A stretch of 64,000 nucleotides of DNA from Dicyema japonicum (lineage: Eukaryota > Animalia > Dicyemida): contig RDEW01000003.1 in NCBI GenBank assembly GCA_011109175.1, positions 1,161,071 through 1,225,070 on the forward strand, given 5' to 3'. Positions 24,156 through 37,367 of the stretch are shown here, in pieces; the stretch's first letter is position 1, and the number at the start of each line of letters is the position of its first letter. The translations under genes were made by a program, and so were the position numbers. The notes beneath the pieces were generated by a model. The model had not been told where the DNA came from. It saw only the letters and a list, made by a program, of their open reading frames with translations, and did not search any database.

Positions 24156-25424
24156 ATATTAAACAAAATTGAGTTGTTTGCGTACATTCTTTAATTCTCA
24201 TATTCTATTTAAAAAAATATATAAAAAAATATAATACTGTTCAAGAGTGAGGTTGATATTCGGATGGTAAAGATTAATCAAATTTTTATAAATATGATTT
24301 TATGATTTTTAAATTTAAAATTCATGGTGCTCCATGAATTTTTTCTCTAGACCCAGTTTGAAAACGTTGTTTTAACTCTTGCAAAAATGCGGCCTTGGTA
24401 GATATTAAGGTATCATTCAGAAAACCTCCTGGAAAATTGATTTTTTTGATAAGACGCTTTTAAACTCTACGAGCCTCCTACTAGTTAGTGAGACCGGGGT
24501 TACTTAATTAACTAAACTCTACTACCCACTTCCATTCTACCAACTTCTGTGCAGCTCTAAAAGACGGTTGATATTTATTAGAATCTTTCAAAATAGTGTA
24601 TTTTTTCAATAAAGGATTACTTTTGTTTTTGATATCGTCTTTCGAAGCAAGTGCAAAATCTATCCACTGATTACTTGCACAAAATAAAATCATTTTATAA
24701 TTTAAAATTTGAGTTTTTTCATTAAAAATAAGACGTGTATAGCGTACACGCGAAGCACTTAAATTCATGTGCTAATAAAATTTTAATTTTTTTCATTTTA
24801 TATTATATTAAAAATTAAATTTAAATTGTTTTATATTAAAAATTAAATTAAAAATTGTGGGCAATTTAAAAAGTTGGCCAATTAATAAGGAGAATAGGAT
24901 TTTTGTGGCCAATTTAAAAACAGGCCAATTTGCGAGGTTTGACTTTACGTGAGTTAGAATCAATAATTCGAATTATCTATTTAAAACAAATGCGGATTCA
25001 TAAGGTGCAATCTGTAGTTGAAAACACCAGGGTCCAGATCAAGGTAGAGGGTATTATCCGAACCTTGATGTTAGTCAAGCGAAAATAAAGCTGAGATTGT
25101 GGTACACGATAAGGAGTATGGCCAAGTCCTCATTATAGAAGTTGGCATTACGTCACAAGACCGTTTGCAGACTGTGGAGGTGGAGAAAAAATGAACTAGG
25201 ACTTCATTGCAAACGAGATGTGGCAGATGTTTAGTTTGCAAAGTCATCACTAGGGCAAGTTGTTTCTAGCACTTAAAAAAATTTTTTTAGCGCTAAAAAA
25301 TCACAAAATCTAGCAATTATAATTAAAAAAGTTAGCACTTAAAATGATAAAATCTAGCATTTAAATTTGTCTAATCTATAACTTAAAATAATAAAATATA
25401 ACATTTAAATTTTATTTGGAAGAA

Positions 25425-25875
25425 TGAAATTGTCAGGCGAGCTATGGATGCCGCTGGATACTTGGCCATTCTTGAACCGGTCGGGTTATGCAGAAGTGTC
25501 GGGAAACGACCGGACGAGATGACCATATTTCCATTTGAGGCCGGGAAACCACTGGTTTGGGATGCGACATGTACAGACACGTTCGCCCAGAAAAATCTTC
25601 ACGAGAGTGCTACAAGGGCCTGTTCAGCATCTGTAAAGGCGGAGAAGGCCAAACTTGTTAAATACGTCGACCTTCCCGATGATGTCAAATTTGTTCCCCT
25701 TGCTATGGAGACTTCCGGATCCTACTCCCCCTCTACACTCGAGTTTCTCGGACGTCTTGAAAACCGGATCACCTCATGCACTGGAGATCTCCGTGAACGC
25801 CGCTGGCTATTTGAGCGAATTTCGCTCGCAATTTTGAGAGGGAACAGCCACGCAGTGAGGGCGGCAACTACCTGA
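25425..25875 (+). mobile_element. CRE-like 3' fragment nested in the hAT element
   Basis: LEPVGLCRSVGKRPDEMTIFPF...WDATCTDTF...FVPLAMETSG...FERISLAILRGN. Confidence 0.85.
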
Positions 25876-26164
25876 CTTCTATTGTTTAAATGTCCTTTCA
25901 TCACTTAAAAATGGGATTTTTTCAATTTTATTTATTGTAATATAATAAAAGTTAATGCCTGATATTGTCTGGATGGAAGTTCCTATTTTTTTTTAAATAT
26001 TTTTTAGCATTTTAATTGCTCTTTCAACAGATGCATAGGATGCCTGACAGCGTGAAAGAGAAAAATAATCTTGTTAGCTAATTTTTGGTTCAGTCATTTC
26101 AATAATAAGTTTAAATCCATTTTCCTCCATTCTTTTATTTATATAATTTTTGATATTTGCCTTG

Positions 26165-26825
26165 TCATTATCAAAATGTAGTCCTTGTATAATAGTAATC
26201 TTCCATCATTTGATTGCAAGGAATCACTTCGTCCATTCTCAGAACATGTCCGATAAGTAGCCAGCGTGAGGTAATTACTTCTCTGCTTATCGGTTTGCAT
26301 TTACATAATTTGTAGAGAGTGTCTTTTTTGATAATCTGTGGCCATTTAGTTCCCGCAATTTTTATCAATTGATTTCTATGAAATGTGTCTAGTCAGTCAC
26401 GGTCCGTTTTTGATGTTCCCCATGTTCCCGAGTTATATAATAGGACTGGTTGTATGAACGCGCTATATAAGCGCATCCGAAGATTTAAGGAGATAAGTTT
26501 TCTGCGAGTCCAAATACTCCACATCTTTTCGAAAAACATGTTGTAATCGACAATGTTTTTCGCAAAGTGGTCAAATGCACGATCGCCTTGAAATTTTCAA
26601 TTGGACCTGCAGGTTTGCCAGGTTTTTGTAAAGGAAGTAGAACTCCCATCGCGATGTCAATTGAACAATGAGTCCTGAATATCTTGTTGAATATGAAAGT
26701 TATCTTTTCTGCTAGCTGGGTTGGTGCGTATTTTAACAACTCCTTACAAATATTGTCATAGCCAGTTGCTCTGTTGTTATTCAACCGAAGGAGTGCTCCG
26801 CGAATTTCGGAATCCGTAAACACAT
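26165..26825 (-). mobile_element. RTE-like fragments nested in the hAT element
   Basis: NNRATGYDNICKELLKY...PLQKPGKP, and RWLLIGHVLRMD. Confidence 0.75.
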
Positions 26826-27699
26826 TATTAACTGCAATTTAAATTAGCAGTTAAACAAAAATTAGCATTTAAAATTAAAAATAGCACTTATAGCATTTAT
26901 AATGTATGTTTTTTTAAACAAAATTAAAAAATAATTATTCCAAATTCAATCGTATATTTAAAAAAGTATAAATAATAAAAATAGCATTTTAGCACTTAAA
27001 TTGCCCTAGTCATCACAATTCCATTAGTAATGACGTGGGAAGGGGGAATTTCAACAAAGTACTACACGGGTTATCTACAAAAGGGGTAGATAGGAAGCTC
27101 CAAGTCCACCAACAGCCCCCTGTTTTAAAGTGAACCCTAGAGAGCATGCCATTGGAGTATAAGCTGAGTCCGGAGATGTCATATAGGCAAAGGTCTCAAG
27201 TGGACAATGCGCTCTCAGAGCTGTTCGAACCGACCTGAGAAAGCTGGCGATCAGACAGAAGAGAAAGGCTGCTAATTTTTTAAATATTGACTTTTTTAAT
27301 AAAATAAGCTAAAGTTAGTTGAGGTTGAAATGTTGATTTTTTATTGTTATGAGGTTGAAATGTTGATTTTTTATTGTTTTTAGTTGTTATGGCATTATTT
27401 TTTAGATGCCATATTCTGAATTTTAAGGTGCGATAGAAAACATCCCTAACTAATCATTTGCTGGGTCCCTAATGCAAAATCTAGTCTCCGAAGATTGTGC
27501 TGTGATAAAAGCGACCTGGAAATATACATATTAATGAAAATTATTTATCTGATTTATGTTAGCATTATCGATTATTCAGACATCACATGAAAGCAAAAAA
27601 TAAGAAGTTAATTCGCTTGATGTTTTGGATTTATTTTCATTACTGTTCTTTTTTTCTTAGATAAATTGCGAGTTCTACTTAATTGGAGGTTCAAGTAAT

Positions 27700-27860
27700 A
27701 AAAACATTACTAATCCTAGCAGGTGAGTTCTTATAAAGAGATCCGGTCCCACAGTAAGGTATTCACTAATAACGGTGTCACTTGTAAAATCTTAAGCATC
27801 GTCGATGCATAGAACTTCTACCGGAATGTACAGCAGTGAGATTTGAACCCGGATTTATTA
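27700..27860 (-). mobile_element. SINE family A partial copy
   Basis: GATCCGG...CAGT...TTCACT...GGTGTCAC...AGCATCGTCGATGC...GGAAC-like block shared with the other copies. Confidence 0.55.
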
Positions 27861-27948
27861 AACTTGATTAAACGAATTTTATATAAATTAATTATTTTTA
27901 GTAAAAGGGAAATATTTGAAAATATATTTTGAAAAAATTGTATAAATT

Positions 27949-29409
27949 ATGAGGTCGTACAAACCAGGTGACGTTGTCGATCAATCTTTTCCTTTCGTCC
28001 ACGTTCTGACACAAAAATTGCTTGCGAAAAAATGTTCTTGGTAATTTGAAGAATCAAATCTCAAAATATGTAAAAACTGCAAAACCCTTAAATACTGTAG
28101 TATAGCCTGCCAAGTTTTACAAATGTTTAAATTTAGAAAAAATCTTGGCAAATCCATAAATTTGAGTGTAGCAAAATTGCTAAAGAAGTCCCCTCAGATC
28201 ACATTCGCTTATTCTTCCAACTTATCGTAAAAGTATTCTGTACATTTATTTGAAGCACAAATTAGGGATTTTGGACCAAAAGGAAGATTCAGATGAAAGA
28301 TCATTCAATGATTTGGTCTCAAGTTTGTCTGATTATATTTTTTTAGATTCTGAGATTTCGGTCGATACATATAAGTTAACTTTCATTTTTGCCTTAAGTC
28401 ACTACGTAGATATACACGAATCCCTGAGTGTAAAAGCAGCATTCGACATTTTCTGTAGAATGTGCACCAACGTATTCACAATTGATGAGAATATGGATTT
28501 CACGATAAAGGGGCTTGGTATTTACCTAAAGTTGTGAATATTTTACGGTTATTCTAGCAGCACAAAATATAATCATTCCTGTGTGCCTACCGCAATTGTT
28601 AGATACGAAGGAATTCAGCAACAAATTGTTGCTATCCATAATATTTCTGTGGAGGTTGATTTATCGTAACTTTCAGAATATTTACATATCCTATATTGCC
28701 TAATTAAAAATAGAGCAGAAAGGCATGCCAACTTAAAACATTATTGCTTTACTTGTGACTGTCCCCGTTGCAAAGATGATGACTTTGATGCTGAAATCAA
28801 TGCTACTAAATGCCCTTAATGCCAGACAGGTTTGGTAGACTTATCAAATCGGTGTAAACGTGTGATTTCCAAGTGGATGATAAATATTTAGAACAGCGTC
28901 GCCAGATGTGTAAAGAATGCAGTGAATTAATATCCCAAATGTAATTTATTAACAAATTCGTAGAGAAACAGATTCGGATGTGTCTGCTATCCCAAAAATT
29001 AAAGATATTTTAAACAAATGGACTCCTTCTATGCTACCGACCACTCACATTCATTATACGAATTTGAAAATATTTCCTAGCAACGTTTCTCATCAAGAGT
29101 GAGGATTACCGAGAAGGCTTAACTTCTTTTGAAAGCATATACGATCGATTCAAGTTGATTTTTTATCAAATTAGAATGTTTTATGGGATAACTTCCAATA
29201 TGTCTATGCTGGCTTATAAAATAATAACTTGTAGGGATATCTCGGGCTTCCGGTTTCAAAAAAGTTATATTCGGAGGTGAGAAAATATTGGAACTATTTA
29301 GACCGTGAACATGCTTAAGATTACTCATGGAGATAAGAGTGAACAACTCGACTTTTTGAGGACATCCGTCTTAAATGTTTTGTGGTTCAAAAAATTACTT
29401 ATTAAGTAA
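27949..29409 (+). pseudogene. SMYD-family (SET + MYND) lysine methyltransferase pseudogene retaining tiny introns
   Basis: Spliced: YKPGDVV...PFVHVL, MYND CKNCKTLKYCSIACQ...W..HK.EC, SET NHSCVP and ISYI, post-SET FTCDCPRC, C-terminal MLKITHG. In-frame TAA at 28042-28044 and 28817-28819, a 1-nt deletion at ~28699, and further stops downstream. Confidence 0.85.
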
Positions 29410-30699
29410 TAATGGTCTCTTTCCTAAAAAGTTTGATTTCTTTTATAAATAACCCGTTTTAGTTTTCTAGTTGCCATTATAATTGTAGTGTTACATTCTA
29501 TCACCGTACATTTTCGTTGATTCTTTCTCCGCCCGACAGTAATAGGATCGTTTTGGTTGAGTAGTTGCCGCCCTTTATGATAGCAGTGTCATATTTAGTT
29601 TTGATCTTGCAAGGTCAATTATTCTGATTAACAAAGTTCATCATAAAAACATGAAATAAAGATATTTTGAGTGTTCCAGTTTCAAATCCAGTCAAATCGG
29701 ATATTTTTCATTGAATCTTTCCATTACTGCATTTTTTATATTTCCCTATAAACTTAAGTCTTACCAATCTTATGGTCAGTTCCAAGTCATCAAACTATGG
29801 ATAACACAGAATTCATTGATTATTCTCAATTCTAATGAGATCTCCCGATAAGCACGTGCAAGTTCATATTACATAATTATGCTTTCATTTTTGACATTAT
29901 AATTAAAATACCGCTTCTTTCTGATTTAGCCTTTCAGGAAATATTGTTGTTTCCAACAAAGATTTGTTTGCATGCCGAGTCGTTGGAAGTAAATAGCTTT
30001 TTGAAGTAATTTGCAATGTTTGTTGCCAGATCCGTCTAGTCGCCGATTTCACTGCTATAGTCACTTTATAGAGTTATGGGTGGTTTATGCTGGAAAGAGC
30101 ATAAATTACTAGTAAAACTTTCGGTTGCTGACAATCATTGCTAATTTTTCATTTGGCTTTCATTCATACTATAACAAAGTCCTGGGTTCGATTCCCGTCG
30201 CTGGATACTTTACTGAAGGTTTCTCTTCCTTTCCTCTGTATTTTTGTTCACTCGTCCAAGTAGAGCAGAGTCATACGATATTAAAAGGTTTCTGCATCTG
30301 TACCATGGAAACTCTTCTCTTAAATGAAGCTTACAATCTTGGTAAGTCCATTACAAAGTCACAGGTTATTAATCCAAGGAAGGAACCCAATGGAAACATC
30401 TTCTTGTGTCAACTAAATCCATTACAGGTTTCCTCTTCCGTGAAAAGTGGAGAAGTAGGTCCGCCTTCTTCCATTTTCATCGCACGTCCTACGCTTATCA
30501 TTGTGAAAGAGTTTTCATAATGTTAATCTTCACCAATGGATTTGGTCAGGGAGAATGTAGGGAGACCCTTTCAACAACTATGTCTTGGCAGAAGGACTCG
30601 TCGCCTCACGGGTGGAATCTTTTGACAAGAATTGACAATCGAAAAGTCCATCTCTCGGATTCGAACCCACGACTGTCAGATCCAATGTCCTGAGTCCGT

Positions 30700-31450
30700 T
30701 TTAACAAATTTTGTTAAATTGCTCGTTAAAGTAATGAATTCTGTCCGTTCTCGAAATGGAGCAAAAATTCCCAAATATTAACTATTTTGTTAGTTAAATA
30801 ATACTGAGGGTTCTTGTTTAGTTGATGATCGCCACTTTCCTGCAACAAAATCAATGAAAATTAATAATAAATTGTTTACTCGACACGTGTTTAATATTGT
30901 TGGTTGATGGGTTTAAGGTTTTTCCAGAAAATGAGGGTCTTTTTAAAAACCTTATAAAAAATGTTTTAATTTGGACACCGTTGGATAAAAGTAGACAAGT
31001 TCATTATTATCAGTAATGCTATTTTTCTTCTTTCTCTCGTTTCTTTGTTAATACGAGATAGCCAATTTTCAAAAATTAAATACTTTTTGTCATCAAAGCT
31101 TTGTATGAAGCAGCATATTTTTGGCGACCTTGATTTTTATCTGCTGATCCTCTTAAGGTTTTGAATTTTATATCAAATCGTTTTTTTTAAATCGGTAAAA
31201 CCACCCATGCAAAAAAGTCTTTATTAAAATACCTATTATCAATTTTACAAGCAATAAGTTTAATGTCGGTCTATTGACCGGAAAAACCTTTGAATCTCAG
31301 AGAACGAAAAAATCATAAACTTCCGCATTTAATTTGTGCCCATTTACGCAATTTGACGTAAAGCAGCCTTCACGAGGAATTCTTCCATTTTTAGACTTTC
31401 TTTAGAGATGCCATACTTCTCACAAATAAATTCACATTTATACAGATCTG
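30700..31450 (-). mobile_element. pogo/Tigger-like remnant
   Basis: Homologous to 8260-8460. TA-CAGTCAGA terminus near 31455. Confidence 0.55.
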
Positions 31451-32243
31451 ACTGTATTTCCTTAAAATTCTAACTTCCTCGTAATATCCCTAAATTTACT
31501 GAGATAAATTTAAAAATTAAAATTGTGACATTACTTACAATTGAACAAGCTTTTAAACAAATAATTGATGTTTCGTTACTAATTTTCCCATTTGGGGGTT
31601 TATTACTAAAAAAAATTTTATTATTACTATTAAAAATAAATCTCCCCAAATTCGAAATTTTCTAAAAAAGAGGTTTTCCCGCAGTTTGGGTTTCCTTGAA
31701 ACGAGGTCGACTTGTACTATCTTTGTAATAAAATATTTCTGGTTATGAGCATTTTTCAGCTTCATGGTCCGATTGACTTGTAGGACACAGAATTAGATTC
31801 ACCAAACTTTGCAGTTTTTTACGTACTTAATCACAAGTAATTTGTCATTGAAGCTTTGGTTACTAAAAGGCTTTCACTTCGAGGAAGTCTTGCGAATCTT
31901 GTCTGAGACCCTTAGAAAACTTTTGTCGTGCAGTCATTTTGTCCTCACTATTTACCTGGTGATGATCGCTTGCAGAGGTATGAGATTCGTGGGCAGTCCA
32001 TTTTAGACAAAATATGGGAGTCTTGGATCAATTTCATGAGTGCCAAACAACCCTTGGATCACTACACCTAAGTGAACACAATTTTAAGTAGGCACTAAGG
32101 GGATGTTGACTATGATCAGTAAAAACAGATGTACTAATCACCACAAAAATTTTATTTCGAACGCGCAATAAATTTACCTTTTTGATAAATTCGAAAACCA
32201 TGAAAATATTTAGCAAACAATTTTGATTTGAAACACAACAAAA

Positions 32244-33892
32244 TTAAATTGAAAAATCAGTCATCTCTTTATTCCATTCTCCGAGTTTCTTGTCTTTCAA
32301 AAGAGACACAAATAACTCAAATCTTCTATTATACTCCACATTGAGCTTCTTTGCTTCCAAATAACTTTCCACCACCAAGTTCTCTCGACTTTTCAAAGTT
32401 TGTTTAAACAGCCTAGCCATCTCTGCAGTGGTTAATAGAGGATGCAAAGCCTAATGTTAGGACTAATGACTTACTTGGGTGTCAAAATGGGGTTTTTCTT
32501 CTCCCAGAAACCAAGACATTTTATGGTTAGAGATAGAATCGGTGTTCCTCGAATCACGTGCACTTCCCAAACAGAGGATCGTCGGTTTTTTTGGTCCGAA
32601 TTCTACGAGGCGTCCGTAAAAGGCGTTCTCGAAAAGTTCCTGAGGGGCTAAGTACGACTGTTCTGATTTTAAACGAAATAGCCTACTAATAAGAATGGAA
32701 GACATGAAAATGGGCTCTACAAAGTTCCCCAGGAGGTTTCCCTGAATGCCTAGGCAATTCCACTTTAAAATTTTATCGGAGGAACTCATTTGTGACTTAT
32801 TAACAGCGTCCGTCATAGAAATGGTACCCTCACCTGGAGGTCACTGAGACTATTACCTTGTACATTAATTCTTCTCAGTTCAGAAAAACGTGTTGTATAA
32901 GGAATTAGTTCTAGCATTGATCGACCTAACTTACTAAGACTTATCTATTAACATTACATTTCAAACAAACAGGCACAGCCAGATGGAGGGCTACTTAAAA
33001 ATAAATGAAAAAGCCCGCCTAATTTAAATTTCACACGGGTCGTTGTGGTCGCTAGTTGATTGTACACAAATCTATTTCTATCATAAACTACCTTAGAAAT
33101 GCTCGTCTCGCTAGATATTCCGCTCTCATTCCCATCCCAGCAGCAATAACTTGGAAATCTCCATCCAATTCCTGGACGATGAGAGCAAAGTTTTTCCGTC
33201 CAGCGGTAAATTCGGGGTACGTCTTTTGAATTCCCAGTATAAAGGCCTGACAGACATCATCCACGGAAAGATCGCTACTACTGTCCGTCTCTTCCTGTAA
33301 TTCTGGTTTTCCGTGATAATTGCTCAGCACAGAAGAAACCGCCTTCTCAGCCGCATTTCGTTTCGCATTCTTGGCGTTGTTCCCGTTAGCCTCCATGATT
33401 GGTTTTCCGTCGAGAAAAATAACGGCTTTGTAACTGATTGTAAAATTATAGAAACTTGGATCTGGTTAACTTTTCGACCTTCCACGTGCACATTATCCCA
33501 TTTTTTTGAGAGTAGTTTGTCACAAAGGACACTGGATTGCGAGAAAGGTACTCATTAGATTTATCACAGTCTAGTAAATTGAATAGATCATGTCATACTT
33601 AACTTGGTTGCTGAATTTGAATAGAAATCGGTTATTTTTTCAATGGCATTCTGCGCACACACATACTTGGCGGATTTTTTTGTTGAAGAATATGCAGTAG
33701 AAATTTCGTCGTTAATTTTGCATGAATACCCATATTTGGTATTTTGTTTGCTCAGTTCTTCAAATGATACTAAATATTGCAAAGACAATTACTGGATATT
33801 CCTCTTTTCGAGCAATACTCATACAGTGAACTTATCGGGTTTACTAATTTGTTTAACATTAATATACCACAGCATTTATCAACGGGTTCCAT
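32244..33892 (-). CDS. ADAR/ADAD-like protein: two dsRNA-binding motifs plus an adenosine-deaminase-fold domain lacking zinc ligands, 9 exons, 486 aa
   Basis: Eight GT-AG introns (24, 23, 28, 22, 20, 24, 23, 24 nt) give a 1461-nt open frame. dsRBM1 NPISSLYEY...[13 protein letters not shown], dsRBM2 NPVSFVTNY...[13 protein letters not shown]. Deaminase motifs [59 protein letters not shown]. Confidence 0.9.
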
Positions 33893-34099
33893 ATTATTTG
33901 GCTCTATTAAATAATATATTTATTTAGTTTAGGTTTCCCAAAGAAAACTATAAAAATATCATATAAATTAAGTTTTGATAAAATAATAATGTTTATTTTG
34001 TCTATATATATAGTTTTGAATTATTAGACGATTAATAAATTTTAAAATAAAATTATCGGATAATACATAAAAAAAATTATCTCGCAGTTTGTAAGGGCT

Positions 34100-34370
34100 A
34101 TCGGTCGATATGTCCGAATAGATCCCAAGGTACTTCATTAAATCCAAAGCGACTGCTACGTAAGCTGAGGTCGATTCCACAACTCGTCGTCAGGGAAAGA
34201 AATTGTCTCACGGTGGAATAAATAGATAGATCCTTTTGAATGCTGACTAAGCATTGACCGTTTCCTGAGTAAGGTGGATCCGATGACACCACCAACCCGG
34301 CGATAATTTTTAAAACTTGTTTGACTGAGAATACTGCCTGGAACCTCTCCTCGGTTTATGGAACTGCGCC
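34100..34370 (-). mobile_element. Short LINE-derived element (family B)
   Basis: GGATCCACCTTACTCAGG...CAATGCTTAGTCAGCATTCAAAAGGATC...GATCGACCTCAGCT matches 62207-62330. Confidence 0.62.
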
Positions 34371-36039
34371 CTTATGTCCAAAATTTTTATTTGAGTAATC
34401 AAAAATTTTTAGTTATAATAATTATGTAATTATTAATTTTTAAATAATTATTTTAAAATAATTTTGCACGTTGCTCTCATTGTTTGTGGTGTTTCTCCTT
34501 TAAAAACAGTTGGTCAAACTTCTGTTCGCTGATGGAGATACATAATATGGTATTTAATTGCGTGTGCTTTTGCTCACGTTTCATGCATGCCATACATTAC
34601 TATATTTTTATTTTTTTATTTTAACAGTAACGGAGAATTTCCTACTCATGTACCTCGTGGGGTTCATTTATCCACTGTACAAACGTCGAGAAGATCTTGA
34701 ATATCGGAAAAGGGCCTACACAGATGAGGAACAGTAGATCACTTGGAAGAAATCTCTATTGCCAATCTTAACGGAAACGGTTATACTCCTAAACGGAGCG
34801 ATGTGGCTGTGAAGTTATTTCCTCGTAAGGGGCTTATGTGGGCACAATGGGGACATAGATCCAAGTTGTGAGCGTTGTTGAAAGTGCTGAGATCACGTGG
34901 TCGACTATTTCTGGTCATAACCTAGATTTAGGTTCATCAGTAATGCCGGTAGTTAACATTAACTGAATGCATATCGTTCCCATGGTTACAGTAGGAGAAA
35001 GACCTTTCACTACCACATAAATGGTTCATCCTAACCAAATGCCAAGAAAAGAGCATATCCAGTCCTTGCAGTCGTGGACTACTCCAATTGAGTGAATAAG
35101 GACAGATGATCCTCTTTCATGTTATTCCAGACGTCTAACTCATTAAGAAAGAAAAGCATATCACTTCAACTGTCTCGACAGTAGTTGCATGAGAGATTGC
35201 AGCAAAATCTCTCACTCCACCATTAAATAATGAAAAAAATGGCAAAATACCTCAAATCCGTCACACTTCTGATAAAAATTACGGTTTATATTAATCACGT
35301 TTTTATTCGCTTTTTGTGAAATTCTAAGGCCATGTGGTGCCATCTGGCTACTTTATCAAAGATTTCTCTCTTTCTCCTGCTGGCGTCGTTGGATTCACCT
35401 TATTCGGGAGACGTCCAATTCCTGTCCCCCATTCAAAAAAATCCATGTATTCAATCCATCAGGTGACAATTCCACATGCAACCCGTTGTCGCCTAGACGA
35501 GTAGATTCTGATTTTCAGATCACTAGGGTGAAGATTTCCAAAGTGACAGAAGACCGTCGTAAAATAGTGGTAGTTCCAAGTATTATTCTGACAGTTGTCA
35601 AGGGATTTTTTCAATTTTCATGGTCCGTGATATTAAGAAATTATTTTTCGCAATTTTCGTAGCAAATCCAACTTGTATACAAAAATTACTAACCTGGATG
35701 CGACTATTGGACAGAAATGATTTTACTGTCGCCACAGAGTACTATGCACATTTAAATTTTTCCAGTCTTAACGCTGGATTCGTGCCTCAGTCTTTTTAAC
35801 TTTAATTTTAAGATTTAATAAAAAAAAAACATGTTCTCTCACTTTAACAAAATTTTTGCTGTTCTTCGTTAAGATTATTTCACACAGAACCAATTAATGC
35901 TATGTAAACTAAGGTGGAGTTTGTGCCACACGATTCAAGATCCTCATCACCAAAGGATCTCCAGCAAGCTCTGTCCATGAAATACAATCGTAGGTCTTCT
36001 AGGTTCTACGTACTTTCAAATTTATTTCTAATCCTATAC

Positions 36040-36400
36040 GGAAAATTGCAAATTTAAAAAAGTTAAATTGCTAAAAAAACATTATATTAATTGCTAATCA
36101 CTTCCTCGACCTCTTGATACAAAAATAGAACTGGTTGCATAAGTTATGAATCTTGTTCATTCCTCTATGGACTTCTTTGTGAAGTGCCTTCATCATCCGA
36201 ATTTCACTTTCATTTGACTGAACAACAATCTTCTCCATTTCTTTTTCTTAAGTACAGCTTTTCATTTTTTATGACGAACTTTTTGGATTTTTTTAAATTT
36301 TTATCTGTTCAGTTTGGACAAATTTGGTAAATGGTTCTGTAAAGTATGCCTTGTTTCATGAGATTCGCGTATCGGAGACTACGCTCAACAGACTCAATTC
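36040..36400 (-). mobile_element. Degenerate retroviral-type integrase zinc-binding region (Ty3/Gypsy- or GIN-like)
   Basis: FVIKNEKLYL...KALHKEVHRGMNKIHNLCNQFYF resembles the HxxxHxG..K...FY block. Broken by stops. Confidence 0.45.
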
Positions 36401-37367
36401 AAACACCTAACAACTATTCATATGTTGGGCCTTCACACTGAATCAACAGTCACCCCTTATTCGCTGAAGCTACGATCCATAGTTGCGTATCTGGGATTCC
36501 TTCCCATTTGTGAGGAATATGGAAACCCACTTCACCTGTACATTTCCAAGGCAAAAGAAAACCGATGTTCAAAAGTTCCCTTCTCCAAACGAATTCACCT
36601 GCAGGAATGAGAGAAGGTTCTTTCACGTTAATAAAAACAATGGAACATCACAGACTTGGATGGCACAGTTGATTGCAGAACTGGGATCACCTAACTGTCT
36701 GACATTATTCTGTCTTGCTCAGTGATTCAGGTTATAAATAAATAGGACACACTGAGTTAACATACTGTTAACATTTTATTATTAAAAATTAAATTAAACC
36801 TTTTATTTAAAAAAATAAAAATAACAAACAAAAAATTTTATACAAAAATTATCAAAATTACCAAGAATTAAGCCTTACGATAATTGAACATAGATCATAC
36901 GGGATTACCCCACTAGAATTTCATATTCGTAATTATGATGAGACACCGCATTCCCTTCGGTGAAAAGCCCCGGTACGTGCACGTGACTACATATGACATA
37001 ATATATTCGATTAATATTGTTCCCCTTTGCTGATATGTTGATTTCAAATCCAATCTACGTGTCAATGTGATTGCGTATCCTCGGGTTCTACCCAGTAGCT
37101 CAACAGATTAATTCCCTTAGTTCCACATTATTTTTGAAAGTTTTATGGCAAGACGGTTCAATGCAAGTTTTTAGACATAAATGAATGTCTGGGATTTAGA
37201 CGATAGCCATTAATATTCCTCTTGTGCCATCTTGTCGAAGATCTCACCAACCAATATTTTTCATGCCCCTATGATGTGCCCATTCTTAGGAAAAGTTTCC
37301 AGATCTTCGGGCATACACCGATCAAAATGAGATAACGAATAAATTAGAAAAAATAGACTCGACACTA

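Larger units (their letters stand above)
25251..27008. mobile_element. Non-autonomous hAT-type element with 8-bp TSD, carrying nested LINE fragments
   Basis: TIR TAGGGCAA...TTGCCCTA, perfect TSD GTCATCAC at 25243-25250 and 27009-27016, repeated subterminal TAGCACTTAAA. Confidence 0.85.
25020..27260 (+). mobile_element. R4/Dong-like RLE endonuclease fragment split by a nested insertion (pieces 25020-25250 and 27009-27260)
   Basis: EIVVHDKEYGQVLIIEVGITSQDRLQTVEVEK...CKV continues after the insert as ITIPLVMTWEGGISTKY. Confidence 0.72.

Noticed and set aside
28042-28819. In-frame TAA codons suggesting a variant genetic code
   Set aside because: TAA terminates the ADAR-like and CFAP126 genes at expected positions, and the SMYD locus also has a frameshift, so pseudogenisation explains it.
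34930-35260. Possible membrane-transporter-like fragment on the minus strand
   Set aside because: Hydrophobic pieces in different frames with stops. No family motif I can support.
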